Shown: in pieces, positions 49,542 to 58,842 of the stretch
Layout of the letters: every line of letters begins with the position of its first letter
Numbering within the stretch: the first letter of the stretch is position 1
Sequence record: OR455461.1
DNA length: 64,000 nt
Strand: one strand, 5' to 3'
From: Staphylococcus phage AH12
Position numbers and translations under genes: made by a program
The notes under the pieces: model-generated
The model's input: only the letters and a program-made list of their open reading frames with translations
Told to the model about the DNA's origin: nothing
Database searches by the model: none

Positions 49542-51458
49542 ATGTCTAAAGAAATAAATAAAACAGATTTAAATGAAGAAGATATGTTTTTATATGAAGG
49601 AAATGATTTAGATAGTAATGATGAGGAATTAGAAAGAGATATTCCTGAAGATGAGGAAGAAATTGAAGAAACTTTCAATAAATTAATCAATGAAGAAGAA
49701 ATTGATGATAAAGAAACTGATGATCTTGATGAAATAGAAGATGCTGAAGAAGAAGATGATGTAAAAGTTATTGATTCTGATGATCCTGAATACGACAGTC
49801 CTATTATCTTAGATAAAGATGATGTAGTTGATGATGATACCGCAAATAATGATGTTCAAGAAAATCTTTTATTTAATGAAGATGATAAAGAAGATGAAGA
49901 AGAAACACAACCTGGTTATACTGAATTAAGAGCTAAATTCTTAGATTCTCAAATGGTAGTTCCTACTACTTTTGGTCCTCATTCAACTTATGGAGTTAAT
50001 ACATCTAGTGCAAGTACTTCAGCATCTTCTGTTAGTGATGGAGGAATGTCAACAGCTAACGGTACAGCTAGTGTTGGTGGAGCAGTTACTGAAACTTATT
50101 TATACAATAAAGATCCTAAACCTGAATTTACTTTTGTAGATTTAAAAAATGCTTTGTTAGATACCGATGCCGAAGTAGGATATACAATAGGTACACCTGA
50201 ATCTAGTGAAGTAAAAAATCAAAGTAAAAATATTGTTGCTAATGAAGCTTATGTAGATGAGGAAAATAAAGCATTTCCTTTTGTTAAAGTAAATGAAAAT
50301 TACGATACTGCAATTGTAAAAGCTTTTAACGGTGAAGTTAAGAAAATTAATGAATCCATTTTAAATACTTTTAAATTAGAATCTAAAAGTAGAAAACAAA
50401 TTTTTGTTACTAATGAATCAATTGAAACTATGCGTAGACTATTAAATGAAACTGGAAAAATTAAAAATGGTCAACAAATTTGTGAAGATTGTGGCAGTAA
50501 ACTTTCTCTTAATGAATCTAATGAATTAATCTGTGAAAGTTGTAGCAAAGATATAAATGAAGCAATTAAACAAGAAAAAGAAGTTGGAGAAGTTATCTGT
50601 AATGAGTGTGGTGTACAAGAAGAAGTTGACCCTAACGTTAATGAAGCTGAATTAGTTTGTGAAAATTGTGGTTCTGATGATGTTGAATTTAAAACTAAAG
50701 TTATTAATGAATTTGAAACTAATGAAGAATTTTCACCTAAAGATTTATTAAGATATGCAACTACAATTTCCGAATCATTGGGTAAACGTGTAGATATAGT
50801 TGTGTCTAAAGAATCTTATTCACAAATTCCTTCTGTATATGATCCATCTTCTTTACTTGTAGATAAAGTTGACTTTGGTAAAGGATTTAAAAAAGTAATT
50901 GTTGTATCTCCTAAAGGAAATAAATTACTTAAAGAACTTTACACTAGTAATGAAATTAATTTTGATTCACTTAAAGAAGAATTCAATAATCAATTAATAC
51001 AACGTGTTACTAATGAATCACTAAATGGAATTTTAGAAAACTTTTTAAATCCTTTAGATGAAGTTAATCATAGTGTAAAAGAAGAACTTAATAATAATGA
51101 AGTTGATCTAGAACAATTAGAAGAATCAATTAATAATGAAATGAAAAATAAAGATGAAGTATTATATGAAGGTCATGAAGAGTCTTTAGAAGAATTTTAT
51201 GAAGATATTGTTTTTGAAGCTTATGAAAATGTACCTAATATAGATGAAGAAAAATTCAAAAAAGCTTTAAGTGAAAATATCAATGATCTTAATGTTAATA
51301 AAGAAATTAAAGTTAGTGAATCATCATTAATTATCAATGGAAAAACTATTGATTTTGAAGATAAAAATGAAAAAGAATTAAAAGAAATGCTAATGAATGA
51401 AGATAGATTAGAACAAAACCTATTAAACGAAAATATTTTTAAAATTATTAATGGTTAG
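49542..51458 (+). CDS. acidic protein with four CxxC zinc-ribbon motifs
   Basis: D/E-rich N-terminus. ICEDCGSKLSLNESNELICESCS, VICNECG and LVCENCGS motifs. Confidence 0.55.
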   Translation: MSKEINKTDLNEEDMFLYEGNDLDSNDEELERDIPEDEEEIEETFNKLINEEEIDDKETDDLDEIEDAEEEDDVKVIDSDDPEYDSPIILDKDDVVDDDTANNDVQENLLFNEDDKEDEEETQPGYTELRAKFLDSQMVVPTTFGPHSTYGVNTSSASTSASSVSDGGMSTANGTASVGGAVTETYLYNKDPKPEFTFVDLKNALLDTDAEVGYTIGTPESSEVKNQSKNIVANEAYVDEENKAFPFVKVNENYDTAIVKAFNGEVKKINESILNTFKLESKSRKQIFVTNESIETMRRLLNETGKIKNGQQICEDCGSKLSLNESNELICESCSKDINEAIKQEKEVGEVICNECGVQEEVDPNVNEAELVCENCGSDDVEFKTKVINEFETNEEFSPKDLLRYATTISESLGKRVDIVVSKESYSQIPSVYDPSSLLVDKVDFGKGFKKVIVVSPKGNKLLKELYTSNEINFDSLKEEFNNQLIQRVTNESLNGILENFLNPLDEVNHSVKEELNNNEVDLEQLEESINNEMKNKDEVLYEGHEESLEEFYEDIVFEAYENVPNIDEEKFKKALSENINDLNVNKEIKVSESSLIINGKTIDFEDKNEKELKEMLMNEDRLEQNLLNENIFKIING

Positions 51459-51508
51459 AATTTTATAACATTATTATATAATATTAATTATTTTTCGCTG
51501 TTTTAAAT

Positions 51509-51591
51509 AAAACCCTAATACATTACTAAACGATGAGCCAATTTAAAAATAAGAAACTCTCATCAGTTTAAAAAATGTATTAGGGGGTTTT
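51509..51591 (+). other. nested RNA structure: 16-bp long-range stem enclosing a GATGAG/CTCATC hairpin
   Basis: AAAACCCTAATACATT pairs with AATGTATTAGGGGGTTTT across 50 nt. Lies between 49542..51458 and 51628..52782. Confidence 0.35.
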
Positions 51592-51627
51592 ATTTGAAAA
51601 AATTAAACAGAAAGTAGGAGAAAACTT

Positions 51628-52782
51628 TTGAATAACGAAGATGGTAAAGTTTTAATAACGGTTCCCCATAGAACATATATACCTAATAAAGGGATGGGTC
51701 CAATAAATAAACCCTTTTATGTTAATAAAGATATTTTAAAATTGTATGACTTAATGAATATACAATATAAGAGAATAACTGAGTATGATTATGTAGATAT
51801 AAATGAAGATGGAAAATATGAAGTTGAAGAAATTAAATCAGTAGAAGATTATATTGAAATGAAGTACTTACAGGTTAATGAAATACTTAAACAGATAAAA
51901 ATTATATCTAATGACAGTGAAAAGATTAATAACGAAATGGAAGACAAATTTAAAAAAGTTAAAGAAAATTTAATCGATACTGACAATCTTAATGAATATT
52001 TAAGTGACCTTGATAAATTTAAATATAATATAGAAGATAAAAAATTAGATCTTCAATCTGAAAAAGAAGATGTTATTTCAACAATAGAAGATATGAATAA
52101 TAAATTGAGTAATATGAAAGATACTTTATCAGATTTTGAAAAAGTAAGAGAACAGTTCAATAGTAATTATAATAATACAATGAGTCTTAATGATGAAATG
52201 CAGAATCTAAGTGAAACTGCAAATTATATTAAGAATATGGAAAATGATGTAGTTAAGGTTGAAGAAAAATTAAATCTTATAAAAAATAAATCTGAAGAAC
52301 TAAAATCTTCACAAGATTCATTTAATAATAAAATAGATGATTTTGAAAATAAATTATTAGATTATAAAGAAAATCTTAAAAATTATATGATAGAAAATGC
52401 TGAAAAGTATAAAGGTGATCCAGGTATGCAAGGTCCAAGAGGTGAACCTTTCAAATATTCCGATTTTACTCAAGAGCAATTAGCTGAGTTAAAAGGAGAT
52501 AAATTCACATACGAAGATTTTACTCAAGATCAATTAGACTTATTAAAAGGTGAAAAAGGTGATAAATTAACTTTTAGTGATTTAACTACTGAAGATAAAA
52601 AAGAACTAAAAGGTGATAAAGGGGATAAATTAACTTTTAATGATCTGTCTAGTGAAGATAAAGAAGAATTAAAAGGTGAACAAGGAGATAAGGGTGATTC
52701 AGCTCCTCCTAAAGTATTCACTAGAGATGAGTATGATACTTTAGAAGAAAAAGATCCTAATACGCTTTACTTTATTATATAG
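51628..52782 (+). CDS. tail-fibre-like protein with coiled-coil region and collagen-like/KGDKGDK repeats
   Basis: GDPGMQGPRGEPF, then repeated LKG(D/E)KGDKLTF.DL units. The N-terminal ~55 aa is shared with 56573..57136. Confidence 0.5.
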   Translation: MNNEDGKVLITVPHRTYIPNKGMGPINKPFYVNKDILKLYDLMNIQYKRITEYDYVDINEDGKYEVEEIKSVEDYIEMKYLQVNEILKQIKIISNDSEKINNEMEDKFKKVKENLIDTDNLNEYLSDLDKFKYNIEDKKLDLQSEKEDVISTIEDMNNKLSNMKDTLSDFEKVREQFNSNYNNTMSLNDEMQNLSETANYIKNMENDVVKVEEKLNLIKNKSEELKSSQDSFNNKIDDFENKLLDYKENLKNYMIENAEKYKGDPGMQGPRGEPFKYSDFTQEQLAELKGDKFTYEDFTQDQLDLLKGEKGDKLTFSDLTTEDKKELKGDKGDKLTFNDLSSEDKEELKGEQGDKGDSAPPKVFTRDEYDTLEEKDPNTLYFII

Positions 52783-52787
52783 AAAGG

Positions 52788-53618
52788 ATGATTGAAATGT
52801 TAAATATAGGAAGTCTTAAATCATCTTTTCTATATAAAGGTGATAATTTAATTTATCCCAATCCTATTAAAGATGGTTTAATACTATGGTATGATTTTGC
52901 AGGAATGAAAAATGATAGTGTTAATAAAAATATTACAAAAGATTTAACAAAGAATACAAATGAAAGTGCTAAACACTTTAATTTTTTATACAATTCTCAA
53001 AGTGGATATAATAAAGGAATAAAGTTTGATGGTATTGATGATAGAATTATTCCAATAGCGAAACATGTAGATGATGGTACAACAGGTCAATTGGATATGA
53101 AAAAAATAAATAATGGACAACTTTTCTCCGTTGAAATGACAATAAAGATGTCTGACACGCTTATAGAACAAGGCTCAGAAATATTTATGACTAGTAAGAC
53201 ATACGGTAGATTTTGGTTACAATTTTTGAAAGATAATAACCACACTGAATCCGATGAGTTTGTTATATCCACTTCAACATATTATGGAAATGAAGGCGGA
53301 AGAAGTACTTACGTATTTAGTAAAGAAGAATCATATAAATATGGAGATGAATTTCATTTAACTGCTACATTAGATAAAAATGATAAAATCATATTATATG
53401 TAAATGGAATAAAAAAAGACGAAAAACCTTTAGACGATATCAAAATTACAACTCCTCAAGAACAAGACTTCTTAGTCTATATGGGTCAAGGAGATTCAAG
53501 TGCGTATTATCGTAGATTTGACCATGAACTATACTCAATGAAAATATACGACAGAGTTCTTACTGAAGAAGAAATCCAATATAATTATCAATTAGAAAAA
53601 GAAAGATGGGAGTTATAA
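52788..53618 (+). CDS. LamG/concanavalin-like jelly-roll protein (probable receptor-binding/tail-fibre component)
   Basis: Paralog of 53606..54349 at both ends (YPNPIKDGLILWYDF ... EEIQYNYQLEKERWEL). Confidence 0.45.
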   Translation: MIEMLNIGSLKSSFLYKGDNLIYPNPIKDGLILWYDFAGMKNDSVNKNITKDLTKNTNESAKHFNFLYNSQSGYNKGIKFDGIDDRIIPIAKHVDDGTTGQLDMKKINNGQLFSVEMTIKMSDTLIEQGSEIFMTSKTYGRFWLQFLKDNNHTESDEFVISTSTYYGNEGGRSTYVFSKEESYKYGDEFHLTATLDKNDKIILYVNGIKKDEKPLDDIKITTPQEQDFLVYMGQGDSSAYYRRFDHELYSMKIYDRVLTEEEIQYNYQLEKERWEL

Positions 53619-54349
53619 TTATGAGTATAATTAAATTAGGCAATGATCCCATATCTTTTGTTTATCAAGGTAATGAGTTGTTATATCCTAATCCAGTTAA
53701 AGACGGTTTATTATTATGGTATGATTTTAAAGGTATAAAGAATGACATGAATAAAGATGTTGCTATAGATTTAAGTGGAAACGAGAACAATGGGACTTTA
53801 CAAAATTTTGCTTATACAAGCGATAGTGGATATGATGACGGATTGAAATTTGACAATATCGATGATAGATTGGTTACAAATACTAATATTGAGTCTAATT
53901 CATTTACTTTATCTATGACTATTGATATAAAAAATCAAAAAGATATAAATTTTTTATTTGGTGGCAATATTTCTGCGTTTTATATGAGAAAAAATTACAA
54001 TGATTTACACGCTTCTATTTTTACTGACAAACAAGTAACTTCTTCATCCGGAAATAAATTCTTCTATAATCTATTTAATGAAGGTAAATCAAAATGTCAG
54101 GTTATATTAAAAGTCGATGACGATAATAAGACACTTTCAATATTAGGTAATGGAATATTGCTTGATGAAAGAATATTTGAAGGTATAATAAATAAATGGA
54201 GGGTAACTAGTTTGGGAGCATGGTCATCATCATCTAATAATGACAATCTCAATGGTAAACTTTTATCATCCCATCTTTACAATAGAGCATTATCTCTAGA
54301 AGAAATAAAACATAACTTTGAGTTAGAAAAAGAAAGGTGGAACTTGTAA
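53606..54349 (+). CDS. LamG-like paralog
   Basis: YPNPVKDGLLLWYDF ... EEIKHNFELEKERWNL. Overlaps the previous gene by 13 nt. Confidence 0.45.
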   Translation: MGVIIMSIIKLGNDPISFVYQGNELLYPNPVKDGLLLWYDFKGIKNDMNKDVAIDLSGNENNGTLQNFAYTSDSGYDDGLKFDNIDDRLVTNTNIESNSFTLSMTIDIKNQKDINFLFGGNISAFYMRKNYNDLHASIFTDKQVTSSSGNKFFYNLFNEGKSKCQVILKVDDDNKTLSILGNGILLDERIFEGIINKWRVTSLGAWSSSSNNDNLNGKLLSSHLYNRALSLEEIKHNFELEKERWNL

Positions 54350-54570
54350 TGAAGTTTGTAATTGCAGATGTGGAATTTTTTGAAAGATTGGGTTATAGCA
54401 CTAAATATTGGAGAAAATCTGTAGACGGAAATAAAACTATATGTCATCTAGAATATGCAGAAATTTTAGATAACGGTATTCAAGAAGAAGAAGATGTTTT
54501 AGTCGTTGATGCAACTGAAGCTCAAGATATTATGAATACGGAAGAATGGTCTAGTAAAGAAGAAGAATAA
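54337..54570 (+). CDS. small acidic protein
   Basis: 77-aa ORF overlapping the stop of the upstream gene. Confidence 0.4.
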   Translation: MELVMKFVIADVEFFERLGYSTKYWRKSVDGNKTICHLEYAEILDNGIQEEEDVLVVDATEAQDIMNTEEWSSKEEE

Positions 54571-54571
54571 G

Positions 54572-54584
54572 AACAAGTAAATAT
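54572..54584 (+). promoter_or_regulatory. candidate late promoter AACA-N6-TAT
   Basis: AACAagtaaaTAT 29 nt upstream of ATG 54612. Confidence 0.45.
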
Positions 54585-54611
54585 AATAAAAATAAATGGA
54601 GGAAATTTTTT

Positions 54612-55574
54612 ATGGCTAAAAAACATATCGGTACATGGAACGGTGTTCCTGTTTATACTGATTTTTTACCAATAGGTACACGTAGAGCTGGAGATAAGCT
54701 TAACGGACCTAAATTTATTGTTGCTCATGACACAGGAAACCCTAACACTACTGCTCAAAATAATGTCGATTACTATCGTAATTCATATAATATCGACTGG
54801 AACTATACTGCTTCAGCACATATTTTTGTTGATGATAAAGAATGTATTATCTGTGTTCCTTTAGATGAAAAAGCATGGCATGTTATGTATAATACACCAA
54901 CTGACAATGCTTGGTATGGAGCAGATGCAAACGATGCAGCTATTGGTGTTGAAGGATGTTACTTCTCTAATAGAAGTCGTTCATTAAAATCATTTGATAA
55001 CTATTGTCGTATTCTTGCTTTCTTATGTAAAGAATATAAAATTAATGCAAGCACAAATATGCCTGGTCACCAAGATATTCAGGCAGATAAACAAGATCCA
55101 GGTAACTTATTAGCTGCATGCGGTATGTCTCGTAGTGTTTCTAATGTAGATAAAAAAGTTCTAGCTTATATGAAAACTGGTGCTACTTCTACAGCTAAAA
55201 CTTCAACAGCAACTAAAGTTGCTACTAAAGAAGAAGTTGCTAAGAAAGCTCCAGCTAAACCAGCTAAAACTTCAACTGCAACTTCTAAAACTTGGAAACG
55301 TAATTCTGCAGGTATTCTATGGAAAACTGAAAAAGCTACATTTAAATGTGGTGTTGCAGTAGGTATTAAAACACGTAAAGGTGGTCCATGGACTGGATGG
55401 CCGCAAGGTCCATTTATGGCTAAAGGAGATACTATTAAATATGATGAAATTCAAGATTTTGATGGATATATTTGGGTATCAGGTAACTTTAAAGGCCAAT
55501 ACGTTTATGTACCGGTTGGTAAATCAACAGGAAATGGTAAACGTGTAGGTCCAGCATGGGGTACATTTAGTTAA
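54612..55574 (+). CDS. endolysin: N-acetylmuramoyl-L-alanine amidase (Amidase_2/PGRP) plus C-terminal SH3b
   Basis: FIVAHDTGNPNTTAQNNVDYY ... WHV amidase_2 core. C-terminal WKRNSAGILWKTEKATF ... GWPQGPF ... YDEIQDFDGYIWVSG ... AWGTFS closely resembles lysostaphin-type SH3b. Confidence 0.8.
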   Translation: MAKKHIGTWNGVPVYTDFLPIGTRRAGDKLNGPKFIVAHDTGNPNTTAQNNVDYYRNSYNIDWNYTASAHIFVDDKECIICVPLDEKAWHVMYNTPTDNAWYGADANDAAIGVEGCYFSNRSRSLKSFDNYCRILAFLCKEYKINASTNMPGHQDIQADKQDPGNLLAACGMSRSVSNVDKKVLAYMKTGATSTAKTSTATKVATKEEVAKKAPAKPAKTSTATSKTWKRNSAGILWKTEKATFKCGVAVGIKTRKGGPWTGWPQGPFMAKGDTIKYDEIQDFDGYIWVSGNFKGQYVYVPVGKSTGNGKRVGPAWGTFS

Positions 55575-55589
55575 TTCATTAATTTAATT

Positions 55590-55618
55590 GTCCTAACGTT
55601 CATATAGAGCGTTAGGAC
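55590..55618 (+). terminator. terminator hairpin GTCCTAACG / CGTTAGGAC
   Basis: 9-bp stem followed by TTATTTCTTT. Confidence 0.5.
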
Positions 55619-55636
55619 TTATTTCTTTAATAGAAG

Positions 55637-55649
55637 AACAGGTTATTAT
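55637..55649 (+). promoter_or_regulatory. candidate late promoter AACA-N6-TAT
   Basis: AACAggttatTAT 42 nt upstream of ATG 55690. Confidence 0.45.
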
Positions 55650-55689
55650 AAATATATAAAATGGAATAAAGAAAGGATTTGAATTCTAT

Positions 55690-56487
55690 ATGAAAACAAA
55701 AACTCAAGCTCTTGATTGGGTTAATAATCGTATTGGTCGCAGACTAGACTTTGATGGTTGGTATGGAGCTCAGTGTATGGATTTAACTATAGGTTACTGT
55801 GATTATATTTCAGGAGGTTCATTCCGTCCTTGGGGTAATGCAATTAATCTTAAAGACAATACAATGCCAGCTGGATGGGAATTAATTAAAAATACTACAT
55901 CATTCCTACCTCAACCTGGTGATATTGCTATTTGGGCTTATGCACCTTACGATGTTTATGGTCATACAGGTATTATTACTTCAGCTAACTTAAATAATTT
56001 CTATTCAATTGATCAGAACTGGTTTAACGCAGGAAGTAATGGTTCACCTGCTGCTAAAGTATTTCATGATTATACAGGTTTCTGGGGAGTAATTCGTCCA
56101 GCTTTTGGTAGTACAACTACTAAGAAAGCAGTTACTAAGGAAGTCGCTACTAAGAAAGCAGTTGTTAAGAAAGCAACTCCTAAGAAAGCAACTACAACAG
56201 CTACTTGGAAACGTAACTCTGCAGGCATTCTATGGAAAACTGAAAAAGCTACATTTAAATGTAATGTATCTTCAGGAATCATTACACGTAAAAATGGTCC
56301 ATGGACTGGATGGGCTCAAGGTCCATTTATGAAGAAAGGCGATAGTATTAAATATGACGAAATTCAAGATTTTGATGGTCATGTTTGGGTATCAGGTAAA
56401 TTTAAAGGACAATATGTATACGTGCCAATTGGTAAATCAAATGGTAAAGGACAACGTATTGGTGCCGCATGGGGTACATTTAGTTAA
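55690..56487 (+). CDS. second lysin: CHAP-domain peptidase plus C-terminal SH3b
   Basis: GWYGAQCMDL (catalytic Cys) ... YGHTGII (His). The SH3b is paralogous to that of 54612..55574. Confidence 0.8.
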   Translation: MKTKTQALDWVNNRIGRRLDFDGWYGAQCMDLTIGYCDYISGGSFRPWGNAINLKDNTMPAGWELIKNTTSFLPQPGDIAIWAYAPYDVYGHTGIITSANLNNFYSIDQNWFNAGSNGSPAAKVFHDYTGFWGVIRPAFGSTTTKKAVTKEVATKKAVVKKATPKKATTTATWKRNSAGILWKTEKATFKCNVSSGIITRKNGPWTGWAQGPFMKKGDSIKYDEIQDFDGHVWVSGKFKGQYVYVPIGKSNGKGQRIGAAWGTFS

Positions 56488-56572
56488 TTAAGTTTTTAAA
56501 GGGATTTTTATAAAATCCCTTTCTAACTTTTTTATATAATAAAATAATAAAGATGAAAGGAAAGAAAATTAT

Positions 56573-57136
56573 ATGTTAAAATTTAATGAAGATAATAATT
56601 TCATTATTATTAATGAAAAAGCATTTGTACCTGGTAAAGGTAAAGGTCCTTTTGTTAAACCATTTATAGCTACAGGATCTCAAATTCGTTTATATAGACG
56701 TTTAGGTTTACAAGTAACAGTAGTAGATGAAGATTATGAATATCCTAGTGATAAAGATAATAAAAAAGAAGAAAAAGCTGAAAAGAATGAAAAAGTCAGT
56801 GTTGAAAAAAGTAATGATACAACAACTGAAACAAAGAAAGATGAGAAAAGTGACTCTTCAGAAAGCAAAGAAGAGAGCGAAGTTTCTGAAGAAAGTAATG
56901 AAGAACAGTCAGTTGATGACAAAGTAGATGAACCTCAAGAAGATTCTAATGAAGAAAAAGAATCTGATAAAGTTGAAGAAGATAGTTCTGAAGAAGAATC
57001 AGAAATTAGTGAAGAAGATTTAAATGAATTCACTGTAGCTGAACTTAAAGAAGAATTAGATTCAAAAGGCGTTGAATATCCAAATAATGCACGTAAAAAA
57101 GATTTAATTGAATTATTAAAAGAAAACTCAAAATAA
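56573..57136 (+). CDS. acidic S/E-rich protein with C-terminal SAP-like motif
   Basis: N-terminal PGKGKGPFVKPF ... LY shared with 51628..52782. C-terminal FTVAELKEELDSKGVEYPNNARKKDLIELL fits LxxLxVxELRxELxxRGL. Confidence 0.5.
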   Translation: MLKFNEDNNFIIINEKAFVPGKGKGPFVKPFIATGSQIRLYRRLGLQVTVVDEDYEYPSDKDNKKEEKAEKNEKVSVEKSNDTTTETKKDEKSDSSESKEESEVSEESNEEQSVDDKVDEPQEDSNEEKESDKVEEDSSEEESEISEEDLNEFTVAELKEELDSKGVEYPNNARKKDLIELLKENSK

Positions 57137-57156
57137 GAAAGGAAGTTTAACTGATA

Positions 57157-58824
57157 ATGGCAACTACTAACTTTTATAAAGTGAAAGTATTAGATGAAAA
57201 AATAATTCCATTTTTAGGTTATAAAGAATACGGTCCTAGAGAAAATGTTATTCTTTCTGGTAGTGATTTAGCTAGTTTAAAACAAGCTGGTTGGACTATT
57301 ACTGATGTTACACCTTTACCGGAAACTGGAAAAATTAAATATGATAGACGTACTATTTATTTCAAAACTGAAGGAGAACAAGGTAAATTTATTAATGTTC
57401 CTTTCTATGTAAATCCTGTTGATGCTCGTGATGTATTTGGTTTACTTAAACTTGATTTAATCAAATTATCTGATGAAACAGTTGTAAGTACACATAATGT
57501 TAAAGATATTAAAAATGAAATATTAAGTATACCTACTTCTGATCTTGAAATTGGTGAAGAATATAAATTAAGATTATACTTCCCTAAAGATGCAGATGAA
57601 GATTATGATATAGCTATTTCTGAAGGTCATAAAGATCTTTTTGAAAGAGTTCATGATGAAGTAACTATTAAAGTAAAAGAATATGGTAAAATTACAGGTC
57701 GTCTTGTTCAATTACAACAAGATATTAATGTATATAAAGAATCTGTATTACCTTTAGAGAAAATTGTAGGATATAAAGACTTTGATTCTAAAGAGGTAAC
57801 TCCTATAAGTAAAGAGAATTTATTACAATTATTATCAGTTGAAGTTAGTGATACTAGCTTTGCTAAATTTGAACGTAATAAAAATCGCTTATTCTTCTAT
57901 AGTAAAGAAGGAAAAATAGTTGTTAAAGTTATTGAAAAGAATATTCAAGACAATATCATTAACTTTAACGTACGTATTTTAAGTGAAGAAACAGCACAAA
58001 AAGAAATTGATAAAAAACTTGAATATTCTGTTTATAATCCTGAAGATGGAAAATTTGAAAGCATTAATCAAACTAAAAGTATAACTGTTACTCCAGAGAC
58101 AGTTAATATTGAAGCTGAAGGAACTCAAAAATTAGAAGTTACTACTGAACCAGAAGGAAGAAAAGTGAGCTTTGAGTTAAAAGACGGTTCTGAATTTGCT
58201 TCATTAGATAATAAAGGAAATATTACTGGTATTTCTGAAGGAACTGCAACTGTTACAGTTAAATCAGATAATGTTTCTAAAGATGTAAAGGTTAATGTAA
58301 GCCGTTTAAAGACTAAGAGTCTAACTGTTACTCCAGAAGAAATTAACATAGATGCAGAATCAACTCAACAGTTAGACGTTAAAATTCAACCAACTACAAA
58401 CTCTGTAAGTTATTCTATTACTGAAGGATCTGAATTTGCTTCAGTTAATAACAGTGGTCTTGTAACTGCTAAAGCTGTAGGAACTGCTAAAGTTAAAGTA
58501 AGTTCTGATTCCATTAGTAAGACAGTTAATGTTAATGTAACTAGAGTAAAAACTAAAACTCTAAATGTTACTCCTAATAGTGTTGATATTAAAGATAATG
58601 AAACACAACAATTAACGGTAACTACGGATCCTAAAGGAAACCCTGTAAGCTATTCTATCTCTGAAGGATCTGAATTTGCTTCAGTTAATAATAGTGGTCT
58701 TGTAACCGCTATATCTGAAGGAACTGCTAAAGTTAAGGTTGTTTCTGATAGTGTAAGTAAAGATGTTAGTATTAACATATCTACTTCACAAGTAGAAGAA
58801 TCTCCTGAAGAACCTTTAGAATAA
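57157..58824 (+). CDS. virion surface protein with four Big_2 (bacterial Ig-like) repeats
   Basis: Four ~90-aa repeats containing ITEGSEFASVNNSGLVTA ... GTAKVKV. Confidence 0.6.
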   Translation: MATTNFYKVKVLDEKIIPFLGYKEYGPRENVILSGSDLASLKQAGWTITDVTPLPETGKIKYDRRTIYFKTEGEQGKFINVPFYVNPVDARDVFGLLKLDLIKLSDETVVSTHNVKDIKNEILSIPTSDLEIGEEYKLRLYFPKDADEDYDIAISEGHKDLFERVHDEVTIKVKEYGKITGRLVQLQQDINVYKESVLPLEKIVGYKDFDSKEVTPISKENLLQLLSVEVSDTSFAKFERNKNRLFFYSKEGKIVVKVIEKNIQDNIINFNVRILSEETAQKEIDKKLEYSVYNPEDGKFESINQTKSITVTPETVNIEAEGTQKLEVTTEPEGRKVSFELKDGSEFASLDNKGNITGISEGTATVTVKSDNVSKDVKVNVSRLKTKSLTVTPEEINIDAESTQQLDVKIQPTTNSVSYSITEGSEFASVNNSGLVTAKAVGTAKVKVSSDSISKTVNVNVTRVKTKTLNVTPNSVDIKDNETQQLTVTTDPKGNPVSYSISEGSEFASVNNSGLVTAISEGTAKVKVVSDSVSKDVSINISTSQVEESPEEPLE

Positions 58825-58842
58825 AAAAAAAATAATAAAATT

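Noticed and set aside
55180-55362. ORFs 55180..55362, 56070..56282, 56105..56332, 56727..56927 and 56734..56922 with repetitive K/L/Q or S/L composition
   Set aside because: Alternate-frame translations of the low-complexity T/K/A-rich linkers of the two lysins and of the S/E-rich tract of 56573..57136.
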